Shown in pieces: positions 9,783 to 19,720 of a stretch of DNA of 64,000 nucleotides; within the stretch, counting starts at the first letter, position 1; each line of letters starts with the position of its first letter. The DNA comes from an uncultured Candidatus Bathyarchaeia archaeon (GTDB taxonomy: Archaea > Thermoproteota > Bathyarchaeia > Bathyarchaeales > Bathyarchaeaceae): positions 43,826 to 107,825 of the forward strand of contig CAZUQX010000005.1 of the NCBI GenBank assembly GCA_964623205.1, in the 5' to 3' direction. A program made the position numbers and the translations under genes. The notes under the pieces were generated by a model that was given only the letters and a program-made list of their open reading frames with translations, did no database searches and was not told the origin of the DNA.

Positions 9783-10700
9783 TCAGGCTATCGATTTTGC
9801 GATTTCGTAGGCGCTCTTGTAATCCAGTATGCCCTTCGGAGACTCCACAGCTCGCTTGAACAGTTCGGCTTCAATCTGGATTTTCAAGGGTCCTATCGCC
9901 AAGGCACCTATCCCAAATTTGCCGGGCAGAAACTCTTTGTTCTCATGGGTAGATTTCAGCCCTTCAATGCCCAAAGGCGGAACAGCATTGATGTCCCCAA
10001 CCACCTTACATTGCTTTCCGTAGTCTCTAAGTACGCTCAGAGGCAAAAGTTGAATGCCAGCAGCACCAGCAGCCAAAATTACGTCCGCCTCTTTTATGGC
10101 CTCACCTGTCTCATCAGGAGCAGCCGCCTGAACACCACAAACCTGCAGTGTGCCAAGCTCTTCGTTGATTTTGTTCGCAACAGCCGTTGCCCTATCTTGC
10201 TTCCGCGAGGTGAGGACAACTTTACTTCCTTCCATGGCGTATAAGCGAGCAGCAACTTGCCCGACGGGTCCGGTTCCTGCCAATATTGTTGCGTTCTTTC
10301 CTTTGAAATCGCCGAATCCTTTTTCTTTGAAGAGTTTTAGGGTTTTCGCCACTGCAGCTGAGGCAGTTGTGTATGCTCCTCTTGGGTCTATTATTACGGA
10401 CAGCTCGAATGGTGGAAACATGGATTTCTTTGCGACATCCAGGATTTCGAGGGCTTTTTCAACATCTTGGCCTCCGATGAAAATCTTAGTGTGTTTAGCG
10501 CCTCCCGGTCCGCGGGGAAACATTGCGTCTTGGATTATTCTTTTTGCATCCCGGAGGTCAACGTCGCTGTAACTGAGAATCTGCGCTTCTGGAAATAAAT
10601 CAATGGCAATCAAGATGTCGAAGGGACTTGCGTGCTTATCAGTGTCAAGAAATATAATGACCTTTTTTCGGCTTTTTTTTGGCGGAGAATTATTCGACAA
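9783..10700 (-). CDS. NAD(P)-dependent methylene-H4MPT dehydrogenase (MtdA/B/C family)
   Basis: SPFD, FPRGP, DPRGAYTTA, GTGPVG, DINAVPPLG, GALAIG motifs. Confidence 0.85.
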   Translation of the reverse strand: MSNNSPPKKSRKKVIIFLDTDKHASPFDILIAIDLFPEAQILSYSDVDLRDAKRIIQDAMFPRGPGGAKHTKIFIGGQDVEKALEILDVAKKSMFPPFELSVIIDPRGAYTTASAAVAKTLKLFKEKGFGDFKGKNATILAGTGPVGQVAARLYAMEGSKVVLTSRKQDRATAVANKINEELGTLQVCGVQAAAPDETGEAIKEADVILAAGAAGIQLLPLSVLRDYGKQCKVVGDINAVPPLGIEGLKSTHENKEFLPGKFGIGALAIGPLKIQIEAELFKRAVESPKGILDYKSAYEIAKSIA

Positions 10701-10914
10701 AGCTCATAACCTCATAATTTTTGTCAAGGTATTTTGTGGAGTGCGATTTATGTCTTTTGCAAGAATGTGTATAGCTGCACCAAAACGACATTTGCAAATG
10801 CAGTCTCACTCTATGTGATATTACGATGTCCCGAACCTACGGTAATAGTGCAAACCAAACGAAATATAATATACAATCAAGTTCTTGTAATCATCAGAAA
10901 CTAGGTGACATTTT

Positions 10915-12165
10915 TTGCTCAAACTCTACAACTCGCTAACCAAAAAAATCGAGATTTTCAAGCCCTTAGACAAGGGAAGAGTTAAGATGGTCAGCTGTGG
11001 GCCCTCCATCTATCAGTTGCCGCACATCGGCAACTATCGCACATTTGTCTTTGAAGATATCCTTCAACGTTACCTTGAATATCTCGGCTACAAAGTGGAG
11101 CGAGTGTTAAACATCACTGATGTGGAAGACAAAGCCTTAGCTGAGGCTGAGAATCAAAGCATAAATCTACAGGAACTGACCGACAGAAACATCGAAACCT
11201 TCATCAGCGAACTGAAACAACTGAAAGTCAGGATTCCCAACTATTTGCCGCGATCTTCAACCAGCGTTGACCAAGCCGTCCATCTTATCGAGATTCTGCT
11301 CGAGAAGGGTTACGCCTACCGTTACACATACAAGGGACGCAAAAACATCTACTATGACCCATTGAAGTTTGATGGATTCGGCAAACTCTTCGGATTAGAC
11401 ATGAGCAAGTGGCCTAAGAAAAAACGGCGCTTCCACAGAGACACCTACACCGGAAACAGGTGGAACAAAGGCGACTTCATCTTATGGCACGGCTACAAAG
11501 AGGGCGACAAAGTCTACTGGAACACAAAACTTGGCAAGGGCAGACCCTCATGGAACATTCAAGACCCCGCTATGATGCCAAAAACTTTTGACTTCAAGGC
11601 AGACATCTGGTGCAGCGGAATCGACAGCACTTATCGTCATCACGACTACATTATCGCCGTGGTTGAGGCGGTAACAGGTAAACCCTTTGTTTGCTGCTGG
11701 CTTCATGCAGGCCACCTCCTTCTGGAGGGAGAAAAGATGTCTAAGCGGAAAGGCAACATAGAATATCCAAGGGGTCTCTTGGAAGCCGAATGCATATGGA
11801 ATCATATTCGTTTTTTCTTTATCTACGGTCACTATAAAGGAAAACTGAACTTTACATTCAAAAAATACACCAAAGTCTGCCGTCTACTCAAAAATTTTCG
11901 GGATATGGTACAGAACCTCAGTGTTGCTGAAGGCGCAGAACAAAAATCTAGCGCTAGAGCAAAGAAGCTAGTTAAAAAAATAACGATAGATTTTGAGGAG
12001 AACATGAACAATGACCTTCAGGTTAAGGCTGCCTTCGATTCGTTGTATAAAACCGTCTCAAGATTGGTTAGACTCAAAGAAAAGCAAGGGTTAAGCGCTG
12101 AGGACTCAAAAGGGGCATTAGTGAAACTAAAAGCCATCGACTATGTTCTGCAGTCCATTTTCTGA
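10915..12165 (+). CDS. Cysteinyl-tRNA synthetase-like paralogue (class I aaRS fold)
   Basis: CGPS, HIGN, NITDVEDK, DFILW, GRPSW, KMSK; some Zn/Cys-binding residues substituted. Confidence 0.8.
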   Translation: MLKLYNSLTKKIEIFKPLDKGRVKMVSCGPSIYQLPHIGNYRTFVFEDILQRYLEYLGYKVERVLNITDVEDKALAEAENQSINLQELTDRNIETFISELKQLKVRIPNYLPRSSTSVDQAVHLIEILLEKGYAYRYTYKGRKNIYYDPLKFDGFGKLFGLDMSKWPKKKRRFHRDTYTGNRWNKGDFILWHGYKEGDKVYWNTKLGKGRPSWNIQDPAMMPKTFDFKADIWCSGIDSTYRHHDYIIAVVEAVTGKPFVCCWLHAGHLLLEGEKMSKRKGNIEYPRGLLEAECIWNHIRFFFIYGHYKGKLNFTFKKYTKVCRLLKNFRDMVQNLSVAEGAEQKSSARAKKLVKKITIDFEENMNNDLQVKAAFDSLYKTVSRLVRLKEKQGLSAEDSKGALVKLKAIDYVLQSIF

Positions 12166-12176
12166 AAAGGGGGTCC

Positions 12177-13262
12177 TTGAATGTGGCGAAAAAGAGGAAC
12201 CGAATAATCTTTCACGTTGATATGGATCAATTTTTTGCTGCCGTAGAAGAAAGAGAACGCCCTGAAATTCAAGGTAAACGAGTTGTTGTAGGCGCCGACC
12301 CAAAAGAAGGAACCGGAAGAGGCGTAGTCAGCACCTGCAATTATGAAGCCCGCAAGTACGGTGTCAGGTCCGGTATTCCCATAACAAGAGCTTGGAGGTT
12401 ATGTCCCGACGCCGTCTACCTCCCAGTTAACTACAGTCTTTACCGGAAAGTCTCTGCTCGAATCATGACGATTCTGCGGAGTTACGCTGACAAGTTTGAG
12501 CCCTGGGGCCTAGATGAAGCTTTCCTGGATGTGACATCTCGGGTCAAAAATTTTGAGGAAGCCGAGAAACTGGCGCAGAAAATCAAGAATGAAATTTACG
12601 AAAAGGAGGGGCTGACCTGTTCGATAGGTGTTGGACCGAACAAGCTTGTAGCTAAGATAGGCAGCGACTTCAAGAAACCGGATGGTCTAACAGTTGTCAG
12701 AATAGAGGATGTGAAAGCGTTTCTGTCGCCTCTACGGGTGAGTAAGCTGCTTTGGGTTGGCAGAAAGACTGAGAACAAACTCAACAGCATGGGAATCAAG
12801 ACAATCGGTGACCTGGCAAGCTACGACGCATCCATTTTGGTGGAGAAATTCGGTGTTGCAGGCACCCAGTTGTATCTTTCAGCCCAAGGAATCGACAATA
12901 GCGAGGTTCAAGAACGATGGGAGAGGAAGTCTATGAGCAGAGAAATAACTTTCGAAGAGGACACATCCGACTCTGACATCATCTTCGAGACCTTAGACGC
13001 CATCTCAGAAGATTTGCATGCGGAACTAACGGCATCCGATTTCACGTTTAAGACAACTACAGTGAAGATAAGATACGCAAACTTCGAAACCCACACCCAC
13101 GGCAAATCACTGCCCTTCTTCACAGACCGACTTAGGGATATACAGAAGAGTGCCAGAGAACTCATGCAAGCATACTTGCGCCCCGACAGGAAAATCCGTC
13201 TAATAGGCGTTAGGCTCTCAAACCTGTTCTCAACAAAAAAGCAGATGAAGTTAATCGACTAA
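12177..13262 (+). CDS. dinB: DNA polymerase IV (Y family)
   Basis: HVDMDQFFAAVE, NYEARKYGV, LDEAFLD, KPDG, RLIGV; C-terminal PIP-like QMKL. Confidence 0.95.
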   Translation: MNVAKKRNRIIFHVDMDQFFAAVEERERPEIQGKRVVVGADPKEGTGRGVVSTCNYEARKYGVRSGIPITRAWRLCPDAVYLPVNYSLYRKVSARIMTILRSYADKFEPWGLDEAFLDVTSRVKNFEEAEKLAQKIKNEIYEKEGLTCSIGVGPNKLVAKIGSDFKKPDGLTVVRIEDVKAFLSPLRVSKLLWVGRKTENKLNSMGIKTIGDLASYDASILVEKFGVAGTQLYLSAQGIDNSEVQERWERKSMSREITFEEDTSDSDIIFETLDAISEDLHAELTASDFTFKTTTVKIRYANFETHTHGKSLPFFTDRLRDIQKSARELMQAYLRPDRKIRLIGVRLSNLFSTKKQMKLID

Positions 13263-13364
13263 CGGAACCCAATCTGAGAATCGAGTTTGCTCTCTTAAGT
13301 TTTATATCGGAAGAAAGCCCATGAAAGGGTTAGCTGAAACAATTAAAGGGGAAGGGGCGCAGTT

Positions 13365-13715
13365 TTGAGTGAGATGTGGATTCGGGTTTCTGAGAAGATT
13401 CTTGCTCAGTTAAAACGTCTTGAAGAGACCAAAGGTAAAGACCGTTTGGAGCTAGTGCGGTCACTACGTTTTATAATGAGCGTATTACAGAGAAGCCTGC
13501 TCGGCTGGACGCAGTGGGTAAACAATCCTGACATAATGACAATTTTCACGCAAGAAGATCTGAAAAACATGACAGAAAGACTGTCGAAGTTGACCCAGTC
13601 CTTTGTAGAATATGACATAAAAATAACCAGCTTAGGAGTCAAGAAAGGCTTAAAAACTCCAAAGAAAGCCGCAAAGAAAAAACAAGAAGAGAGAACTGAA
13701 AGATTCTACGTGTAA
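13365..13715 (+). CDS. DUF2153-like archaeal protein
   Basis: DRLELV, SL.GW..W, FVEYDI, C-terminal YV. Confidence 0.7.
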   Translation: MSEMWIRVSEKILAQLKRLEETKGKDRLELVRSLRFIMSVLQRSLLGWTQWVNNPDIMTIFTQEDLKNMTERLSKLTQSFVEYDIKITSLGVKKGLKTPKKAAKKKQEERTERFYV

Positions 13716-13818
13716 AGTAGCTTTCTGCTTTCTCTCACATTTTATCAACATAGAGCATTAAGCGGGGAGGAAAACCAGTAACGTTAATAGGTTGCTATAA
13801 GGTAGTAACTTTTTCAAA

Positions 13819-14226
13819 GTGAGGACGATGCCAAAGTTAAATGTCCTAGTTTTAACCGGTCGCACCATTGAACAGGGCAAAGGAAAAGAGATGGGCAAAC
13901 TATCAAAAGTATACTTAGACGACGTAGTTCAATGTAACATCGACCCCCAAGACATGAAAACTCTCAAACTGAGGCAGAACACCAACGTTAGAGTCACCAG
14001 CAAGTTTGGTAGTGTGGTTCTGAAAGCTGTGAAATCGCCTCGGGCTCCCCATCCCAAAATGATTTTTATTAGCTACGGTCCATGGGCAAGCGTCATCAGC
14101 GACCCTCGGACCAATGGGACAGGTATGCCCTCATTGAAGGGGTTTCCTGCAGAGATTGAACCGGCACCTGACGAGAAGGTGTTAAGCATTCAGGAACTAG
14201 TTAACCAACTCAAAATGGAGGAATAA
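13819..14226 (+). CDS. fwdD: Formylmethanofuran dehydrogenase subunit D
   Basis: LTGRTIEQG, GPWA, GTGMPSLKG; first gene of fwd operon. Confidence 0.9.
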   Translation: MRTMPKLNVLVLTGRTIEQGKGKEMGKLSKVYLDDVVQCNIDPQDMKTLKLRQNTNVRVTSKFGSVVLKAVKSPRAPHPKMIFISYGPWASVISDPRTNGTGMPSLKGFPAEIEPAPDEKVLSIQELVNQLKMEE

Positions 14227-14228
14227 AC

Positions 14229-15671
14229 TTGACAGTTATAACTGGGGTAACATGTCCAGTCTGCGGAACTTTCTGTGACGACATCGAAATAATTGTTGAT
14301 GACAACAATCATATTATTGAAGCTCGAAATGCGTGCGCTATGGGAGCAGCCAAATTCTTAAATTATTCTGCTCACCGTACAAAGAAACCTCTTATCCGAA
14401 AAAACGGTGAATTAGTCGAAGCTTCTATGGATGAAGCTGTTGAAAAAGCTGCTAAAATCCTCGTTGACGCAAACTATCCACTAATGTACGGTTGGAGCAA
14501 CACGAGTTGCGAAGCAATTCGTACGGGTTTGGAACTGGGGGAAGAGGTTGGTGCTGTTATGGATAACACCTCAACTGTCTGCCACGGACCCTCCATCCTG
14601 AGTGTACAAGACGTTGGTATACCGTCAGCAACCTTGGGACAGTTAAGGCATCGCGCAGACCTCATAATCTACTGGGCTAGCAATCCGTGGAGCGCACATC
14701 CACGGCATCCCGAACGCTATTCTATGTTCTCAGATGGCAGATTCGAAGGGAGCACATGGAAGAGCTATCTTTCACGATTAAGAGGTGTCATGTCCAAGAA
14801 AAAGATTCAAAGAGCCTCCAACTTGGTCTTGAAACGCGACTTCTGTTTTGCTCCTCAAGTTGAAGAAGGTCTTCCTTCTAGTGTACATCAGAAGAGACGT
14901 AGAACAATAGTCATAGACGTCCGCAAGACCCGCACAGCAGATGCAGCAGACTGTTTCCTTCAAGTTGAACCGGGCACCGATTACGAACTTCTTCAAGCTC
15001 TGCGTGTACTCATTAACGATGGAGAGCTAGACGTCGATGAAGCTGCAGGAATTCCCATTGAAACCCTTGAACAACTCGCTGACCTCTTGATAAACTGCAA
15101 ACTAGGCATCATCTTCTTCGGATTAGGATTAACCATGAGCAAAGGAAAACACCGCAACATAGACGCCGCCATCAACCTAACCCGCGACCTAAACAAACGC
15201 ACAAAATTCCTCATCATGCCCATGCGAGGACACTACAACGTAACCGGAGTTAACATAGTTTTCACATGGCAAACCGGATACCCTTTTGCTGTCGACCTAT
15301 CTAACGGCTACCCAAGATACAATCCCGGAGAAACCTCGGCGGTTGACATTCTATCTCGTGACGAAGCCGACGCCACCATGGTAATCGCCTCAGACCCCGT
15401 TGCCCATTTCCCAAGAGCCGCCTCCAAAAACATAGCAAAACATCCTCTTATCGCCATAGACCCAGAGGTGACCCCCACAACGATGCTTGCAGACGTCATA
15501 ATCCCTCCCGCCTTCGTCGGAATCGAGGCTGAGGGAACAGCCTACCGCATGGACCATGTTCCACTGCCCCTAAAAAAGGTGGTAGAGCCCCCAGAAACAT
15601 GTCTTTCAGATAAGGAAATCCTGCAGAGAATTCTTCAAAAAGTTCGAGAATTAAGGAGGGACACGAATTGA
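14229..15671 (+). CDS. fwdB: Formylmethanofuran dehydrogenase subunit B (Cys ligand)
   Basis: CPVCGTFCDD, VCHGP, PMRGHYNV, GTAYRMD. Confidence 0.95.
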   Translation: MTVITGVTCPVCGTFCDDIEIIVDDNNHIIEARNACAMGAAKFLNYSAHRTKKPLIRKNGELVEASMDEAVEKAAKILVDANYPLMYGWSNTSCEAIRTGLELGEEVGAVMDNTSTVCHGPSILSVQDVGIPSATLGQLRHRADLIIYWASNPWSAHPRHPERYSMFSDGRFEGSTWKSYLSRLRGVMSKKKIQRASNLVLKRDFCFAPQVEEGLPSSVHQKRRRTIVIDVRKTRTADAADCFLQVEPGTDYELLQALRVLINDGELDVDEAAGIPIETLEQLADLLINCKLGIIFFGLGLTMSKGKHRNIDAAINLTRDLNKRTKFLIMPMRGHYNVTGVNIVFTWQTGYPFAVDLSNGYPRYNPGETSAVDILSRDEADATMVIASDPVAHFPRAASKNIAKHPLIAIDPEVTPTTMLADVIIPPAFVGIEAEGTAYRMDHVPLPLKKVVEPPETCLSDKEILQRILQKVRELRRDTN

Positions 15672-17359
15672 CAGAACTCATCATTAAGAACGGATTTGTT
15701 TACGACCCCCTAAACCGAATAGACGGCGAAAAAATGGACATATCCATTAGGAATGGAAAGATTGTAAAAAGCGTTAAGGAAAAAGCGAATATCATCGACG
15801 CTTCAGGCATGGTGGTGATGCCCGGAGGAGTTGACATCCACACTCACATAGCAGGCGGCGAAGTTAATTCTGGTCGTCTCCTGAGACCTGAAGACCACGT
15901 TAAGGACGTTGAGGTTAAGACAGCTTTAACCCGTTCTGGAGTAGGCTACTCGATTCCATCTACATTCACTACAGGTTATCGTTACTCAAAGATGGGCTAC
16001 ACAACCCTCATGAACCCCTCTATGGCTCCCCTTGAGGCTCGCCACACCCATGAGGAACTAGCTGACATCCCCATGGTTGACAAGGCAGCCTATCCCCTCC
16101 TAGGAGACTGGTGGTTCAGCCTAGAACACATAAGAGACGGGTTAATCGAAGAGAACGCCGCCCACATAGCCTGGATGCTCCACGCCACAAGAGGATACGC
16201 CATCAAAATCGTCAACCCTGGAGGTCTAGAAGCATGGGGCTTCGGAAGAAACGTCAATGGTCTTGATGATACTGTACCCCACTTCAACATAACCCCCCGC
16301 GAAATCATCCGCGGATTATGCAAAGTGAACAAGCTTCTCAACCTTCCCCACACAATTCACGTTCACACCAACAACCTTGGAAAGCCTGGCAACTACGTCA
16401 CAGCTCTAGAGACCATGAAGTGTGTGGAAGATTTGGCACAGGGAGACAAACCTGTGATCCATATTACGCACATCCAGTTTTGTGCCTTCAAGGGCTCAGA
16501 TTGGAGTAGTCTAAGTTCTGGAGCAGGGGAAATCTCGAAGTACGTCAATAACCATAATCACGTAACCCTAGACATGGGGCAGGTGATCTTTAGCGACACG
16601 ACCACAATGACGGCTGACGGGCCATTCCAGTATGGTCTCTATCATCTTACTGGAAACAAATGGATGAATCACGATGTGGAAACAGAGACAAGCGGCGGAA
16701 TAGTGCCCTTCAAATACAAACGCTCAAGCGCTGTTCATGCAACCCAGTGGTCCATAGGACTTGAAATTGCCCTTCTGATCAAGGACCCGTGGAAAATTCT
16801 CATGACAACAGACCATCCTAACGGTGGTCCTTTCACTTCTTACCCCAAAATCCTTGCATGGCTCACGAGCCGAGCAGCGAGAGAGAAAACGTTAAGCAGA
16901 ATCAACAAGCGGGCTAGGAAGAAAAGTTTGTTGCCCAGCATCGACAGGGAACTTAGTCTTTACGAGCTAGCTATCGTAACGCGGGCAGGTCAAGCTAAGG
17001 TTCTCGGCCTGAAACCGAAGGGACATCTGGGAGTGGGAGCGGACGCCGATGTTGCCATCTATAAGATAAACCCTCACAAACTTGACATCTCTAAACAATA
17101 CAAGGTTGCTAGAAAAGCCTTCAAAAATGCCGCTTACACGATTAAAGACGGAGAAGTTGTGGTAAAGGATGGAGAAATTGTGAAACCAGTAAGCGGAAAG
17201 ACCTACTGGATCGATGTTACAACCTCCATGCCCCACGAAATTAATGATGACATAAAAAAGAAGTTCAGGGAGTATTGGACAGTAGAATATGAGAACTATC
17301 CCCTTCCAGAGGGCTTCATACACGCTTCTTCACCTATTCCAGTAAAGGCGGAGGTCTAA
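15668..17359 (+). CDS. fwdA: Formylmethanofuran dehydrogenase subunit A
   Basis: DIHTHIAG, KIVNPGG, HTNNLG.PGN, TTDHPNGG. Confidence 0.95.
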   Translation: MTELIIKNGFVYDPLNRIDGEKMDISIRNGKIVKSVKEKANIIDASGMVVMPGGVDIHTHIAGGEVNSGRLLRPEDHVKDVEVKTALTRSGVGYSIPSTFTTGYRYSKMGYTTLMNPSMAPLEARHTHEELADIPMVDKAAYPLLGDWWFSLEHIRDGLIEENAAHIAWMLHATRGYAIKIVNPGGLEAWGFGRNVNGLDDTVPHFNITPREIIRGLCKVNKLLNLPHTIHVHTNNLGKPGNYVTALETMKCVEDLAQGDKPVIHITHIQFCAFKGSDWSSLSSGAGEISKYVNNHNHVTLDMGQVIFSDTTTMTADGPFQYGLYHLTGNKWMNHDVETETSGGIVPFKYKRSSAVHATQWSIGLEIALLIKDPWKILMTTDHPNGGPFTSYPKILAWLTSRAAREKTLSRINKRARKKSLLPSIDRELSLYELAIVTRAGQAKVLGLKPKGHLGVGADADVAIYKINPHKLDISKQYKVARKAFKNAAYTIKDGEVVVKDGEIVKPVSGKTYWIDVTTSMPHEINDDIKKKFREYWTVEYENYPLPEGFIHASSPIPVKAEV

Positions 17360-17363
17360 AAAC

Positions 17364-18185
17364 TTGATATCCCTCAGCCCAAGACGGACGTTCAAGTTTC
17401 CAATAGAAGCAAAGAATATCAGTCCTGACATCTTCGCCAAAAGATCATCTAAAGAGATAGCGGCTCTGCAACTGTGGGAAGGAAACCGGAAACGGCTCCT
17501 CGGCGACCTTTTCAGCATAAAAAATGACAGCAGCATTCCTGCGGAAGAATTCACTATAAAGATTGAGGGAGACGCCAGCAAGTTGCGTAATATTGGCGCC
17601 GGCATGTCCATGGGGCGCATAGTTGTTGATGGGGACGCTGGCATGCATGTGGGCGAGGAGATGAGTGGAGGCGCCATAACAGTGGCTGGCAACGCAGGTT
17701 CGTGGGCCGGGTCAAAGATGAAGGGCGGAACCATAGAAATCAAAGGCGACGCAGGCGATTATATTGGTGCGTCGTATCGTGGAAGCACCCAAGGGATGAG
17801 CGGGGGAAAGATCATCATGCATGGAAACGCTGGATACGAAGTTGGATGTTTCATGAGAGACGGGCTCATCAAAATACTTGGAGATGTAGGATTGTTCGCT
17901 GGCATTCACATGGGCAATGGAACAATCTTCGTTCAAGGCAACTCTGAGGGAAGAGCTGGCGCGCAAATGATTAACGGAAAAATCGTTATAGCTGGTCAGG
18001 TTCCTGCTGTAATGCCTACTTTCACTATTGACAGCATTAAGCCCAAGGTCAAGGTTGACGGAGAAAAAATCGAAGGTCCATTCTACCGGTTTATCGGCGA
18101 TTTAGCTGATGATGGTAAAGGGAAATTGCTTGTTTCCAAGACAAAGAACCCGCATCTGAGCTCCTACGAAAAGTACCTAGAATAA
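17364..18185 (+). CDS. fwdC: Formylmethanofuran dehydrogenase subunit C
   Basis: G..M.GG.I beta-helix repeats, G.SYRG. Confidence 0.95.
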   Translation: MISLSPRRTFKFPIEAKNISPDIFAKRSSKEIAALQLWEGNRKRLLGDLFSIKNDSSIPAEEFTIKIEGDASKLRNIGAGMSMGRIVVDGDAGMHVGEEMSGGAITVAGNAGSWAGSKMKGGTIEIKGDAGDYIGASYRGSTQGMSGGKIIMHGNAGYEVGCFMRDGLIKILGDVGLFAGIHMGNGTIFVQGNSEGRAGAQMINGKIVIAGQVPAVMPTFTIDSIKPKVKVDGEKIEGPFYRFIGDLADDGKGKLLVSKTKNPHLSSYEKYLE

Positions 18186-18223
18186 AGACTGGCATCGTAT
18201 TTCATGAATGGGAGTGAAAAAAT

Positions 18224-19198
18224 GTGCCAAGCCAGAAACTGAGCGTTAACCGTGCTGCTTACAGTCTTGTCAAGAGGCTGTGTGATCGTGCAGACGAGTT
18301 CGGAGTTATTGTCAAAGAGGTGGAGTCAGGGGCAACTCTGATTGACGCTGGAATCACTGCTAAGGGAGGTTTCGCTGCAGGTCAGATAATAACAGAAATT
18401 TGTCTAGGGGGTCTCGGCAAGGCAGAAATACTCTATAAAAGGTATGGTGATCTTGAGCTTCCCTCAATCTTCGTTTACACAGATTATCCAGCTATATCGA
18501 CTTTGGGGTCCCAATTTGCTGGTTGGCAAATCAAGGTGGGAAAATATGTTGCTATGGGTTCTGGTCCAGCCCGTGCCTTATCTTTGAAGCCAAAGGAACT
18601 CTACCAAAAGATCAATTATAAAGACTCAGCAGATGTGGGCGTGCTGGTTCTCGAAACTTCCAAGGAGCCCACCGAAGAGGTTGTGAAAAAGATTTCTGAG
18701 GAATGTAGAGTTGACCCAAGTAACCTATTTCTAGTTTTGGTGCCAACTTCATCCGTTGCTGGCTCAACGCAAATTTCAGGAAGGATTGTGGAGACTGGCT
18801 TGCACAAGTTGACGGAGTTGGGTTTTGATCCAAAACTGGTTACTCACGGCTGTGGATATGCGCCCATAGCACCTGTGCATCCTAAATTGGCTCATGCCAT
18901 GGGGAGAACCAATGATGCGATAATTTACGCCGGCACTGCCTACTATACGGTAAGTTCTGATGATGATGAAGAGTTGGAGAATTTGTTAGATAGGGCGCCG
19001 GCTTCAGCGTCTAAAAGCTATGGGAAGCCTTTCATGGAAATCTTCAAAGAAGCCAACTACGATTTCTACAAGATTGACCCCGGATTGTTCGCCCCAGCAG
19101 TCTTCGTGGTCAACAACTCCAAAACAGGTAAAACCTTCCGCGCCGGAAAAATCGACGTGGAAGTCTTCAAGAAATCAATAAAGTTCCAAACGCTGTGA
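18224..19198 (+). CDS. mch: Methenyl-H4MPT cyclohydrolase
   Basis: LSVN, SQFAGW, GSGPARAL, MGRTND, FYKIDPGLFAPA. Confidence 0.95.
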   Translation: MPSQKLSVNRAAYSLVKRLCDRADEFGVIVKEVESGATLIDAGITAKGGFAAGQIITEICLGGLGKAEILYKRYGDLELPSIFVYTDYPAISTLGSQFAGWQIKVGKYVAMGSGPARALSLKPKELYQKINYKDSADVGVLVLETSKEPTEEVVKKISEECRVDPSNLFLVLVPTSSVAGSTQISGRIVETGLHKLTELGFDPKLVTHGCGYAPIAPVHPKLAHAMGRTNDAIIYAGTAYYTVSSDDDEELENLLDRAPASASKSYGKPFMEIFKEANYDFYKIDPGLFAPAVFVVNNSKTGKTFRAGKIDVEVFKKSIKFQTL

Positions 19199-19203
19199 GA
19201 ATG

Positions 19204-19602
19204 TTAGTCTATTCTTATGGCAACTTCGATTTCCATTCCATCCTTGAGCCCAAGAGTTTTTCGCAGATTTACCGGGGCTAATATTTCCAAGAGATCGGCT
19301 GGATATCCTGGAACGTCAGGTACCACCACAGCTCCCCATAGTTTTTTCATTATCAGAGCCTTGAAGCACCGTCCCTCGTGGAAACCTTCTGGGGACTTGA
19401 TTTTGATGCCCTTCGTTGGATTTCTCAGCTCCTTAACATCCGTTCCCGGTGACAGTTGCAGGTTTAATGTTCCGGGAAAGGGGTTAAAGCCGAGCTTCTC
19501 CATGAATTGCTTCCTGGCCCACGGAAGGTTGACAAATAGGCTTCCTGTTCCTTCTCCGCTGAAAATTCTCCCTTTCAAGGTTATCTTCCTCATTTGAGAC
19601 AC
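19204..19602 (-). CDS. ribK: CTP-dependent riboflavin kinase (DUF120, no HTH domain)
   Basis: SGEGTG, LGF.PFPGTLN, EILAP..LR..L.LKDG. Confidence 0.85.
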   Translation of the reverse strand: MSQMRKITLKGRIFSGEGTGSLFVNLPWARKQFMEKLGFNPFPGTLNLQLSPGTDVKELRNPTKGIKIKSPEGFHEGRCFKALIMKKLWGAVVVPDVPGYPADLLEILAPVNLRKTLGLKDGMEIEVAIRID

Positions 19603-19720
19603 CTGGGTGACGCTTGAAAAAAAATGATTTGCTCTCTTAAATGTTTAAGCTGTATTCGTATCATGTCTAGTAAAAATGCTTTACGCATTTTCGAGTAGTT
19701 ACTCTTAAATAAGAAAGATA

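Noticed and set aside
14570-14595. Selenocysteine in FwdB
   Set aside because: The ligand codon is TGC (VCHGP); no in-frame TGA
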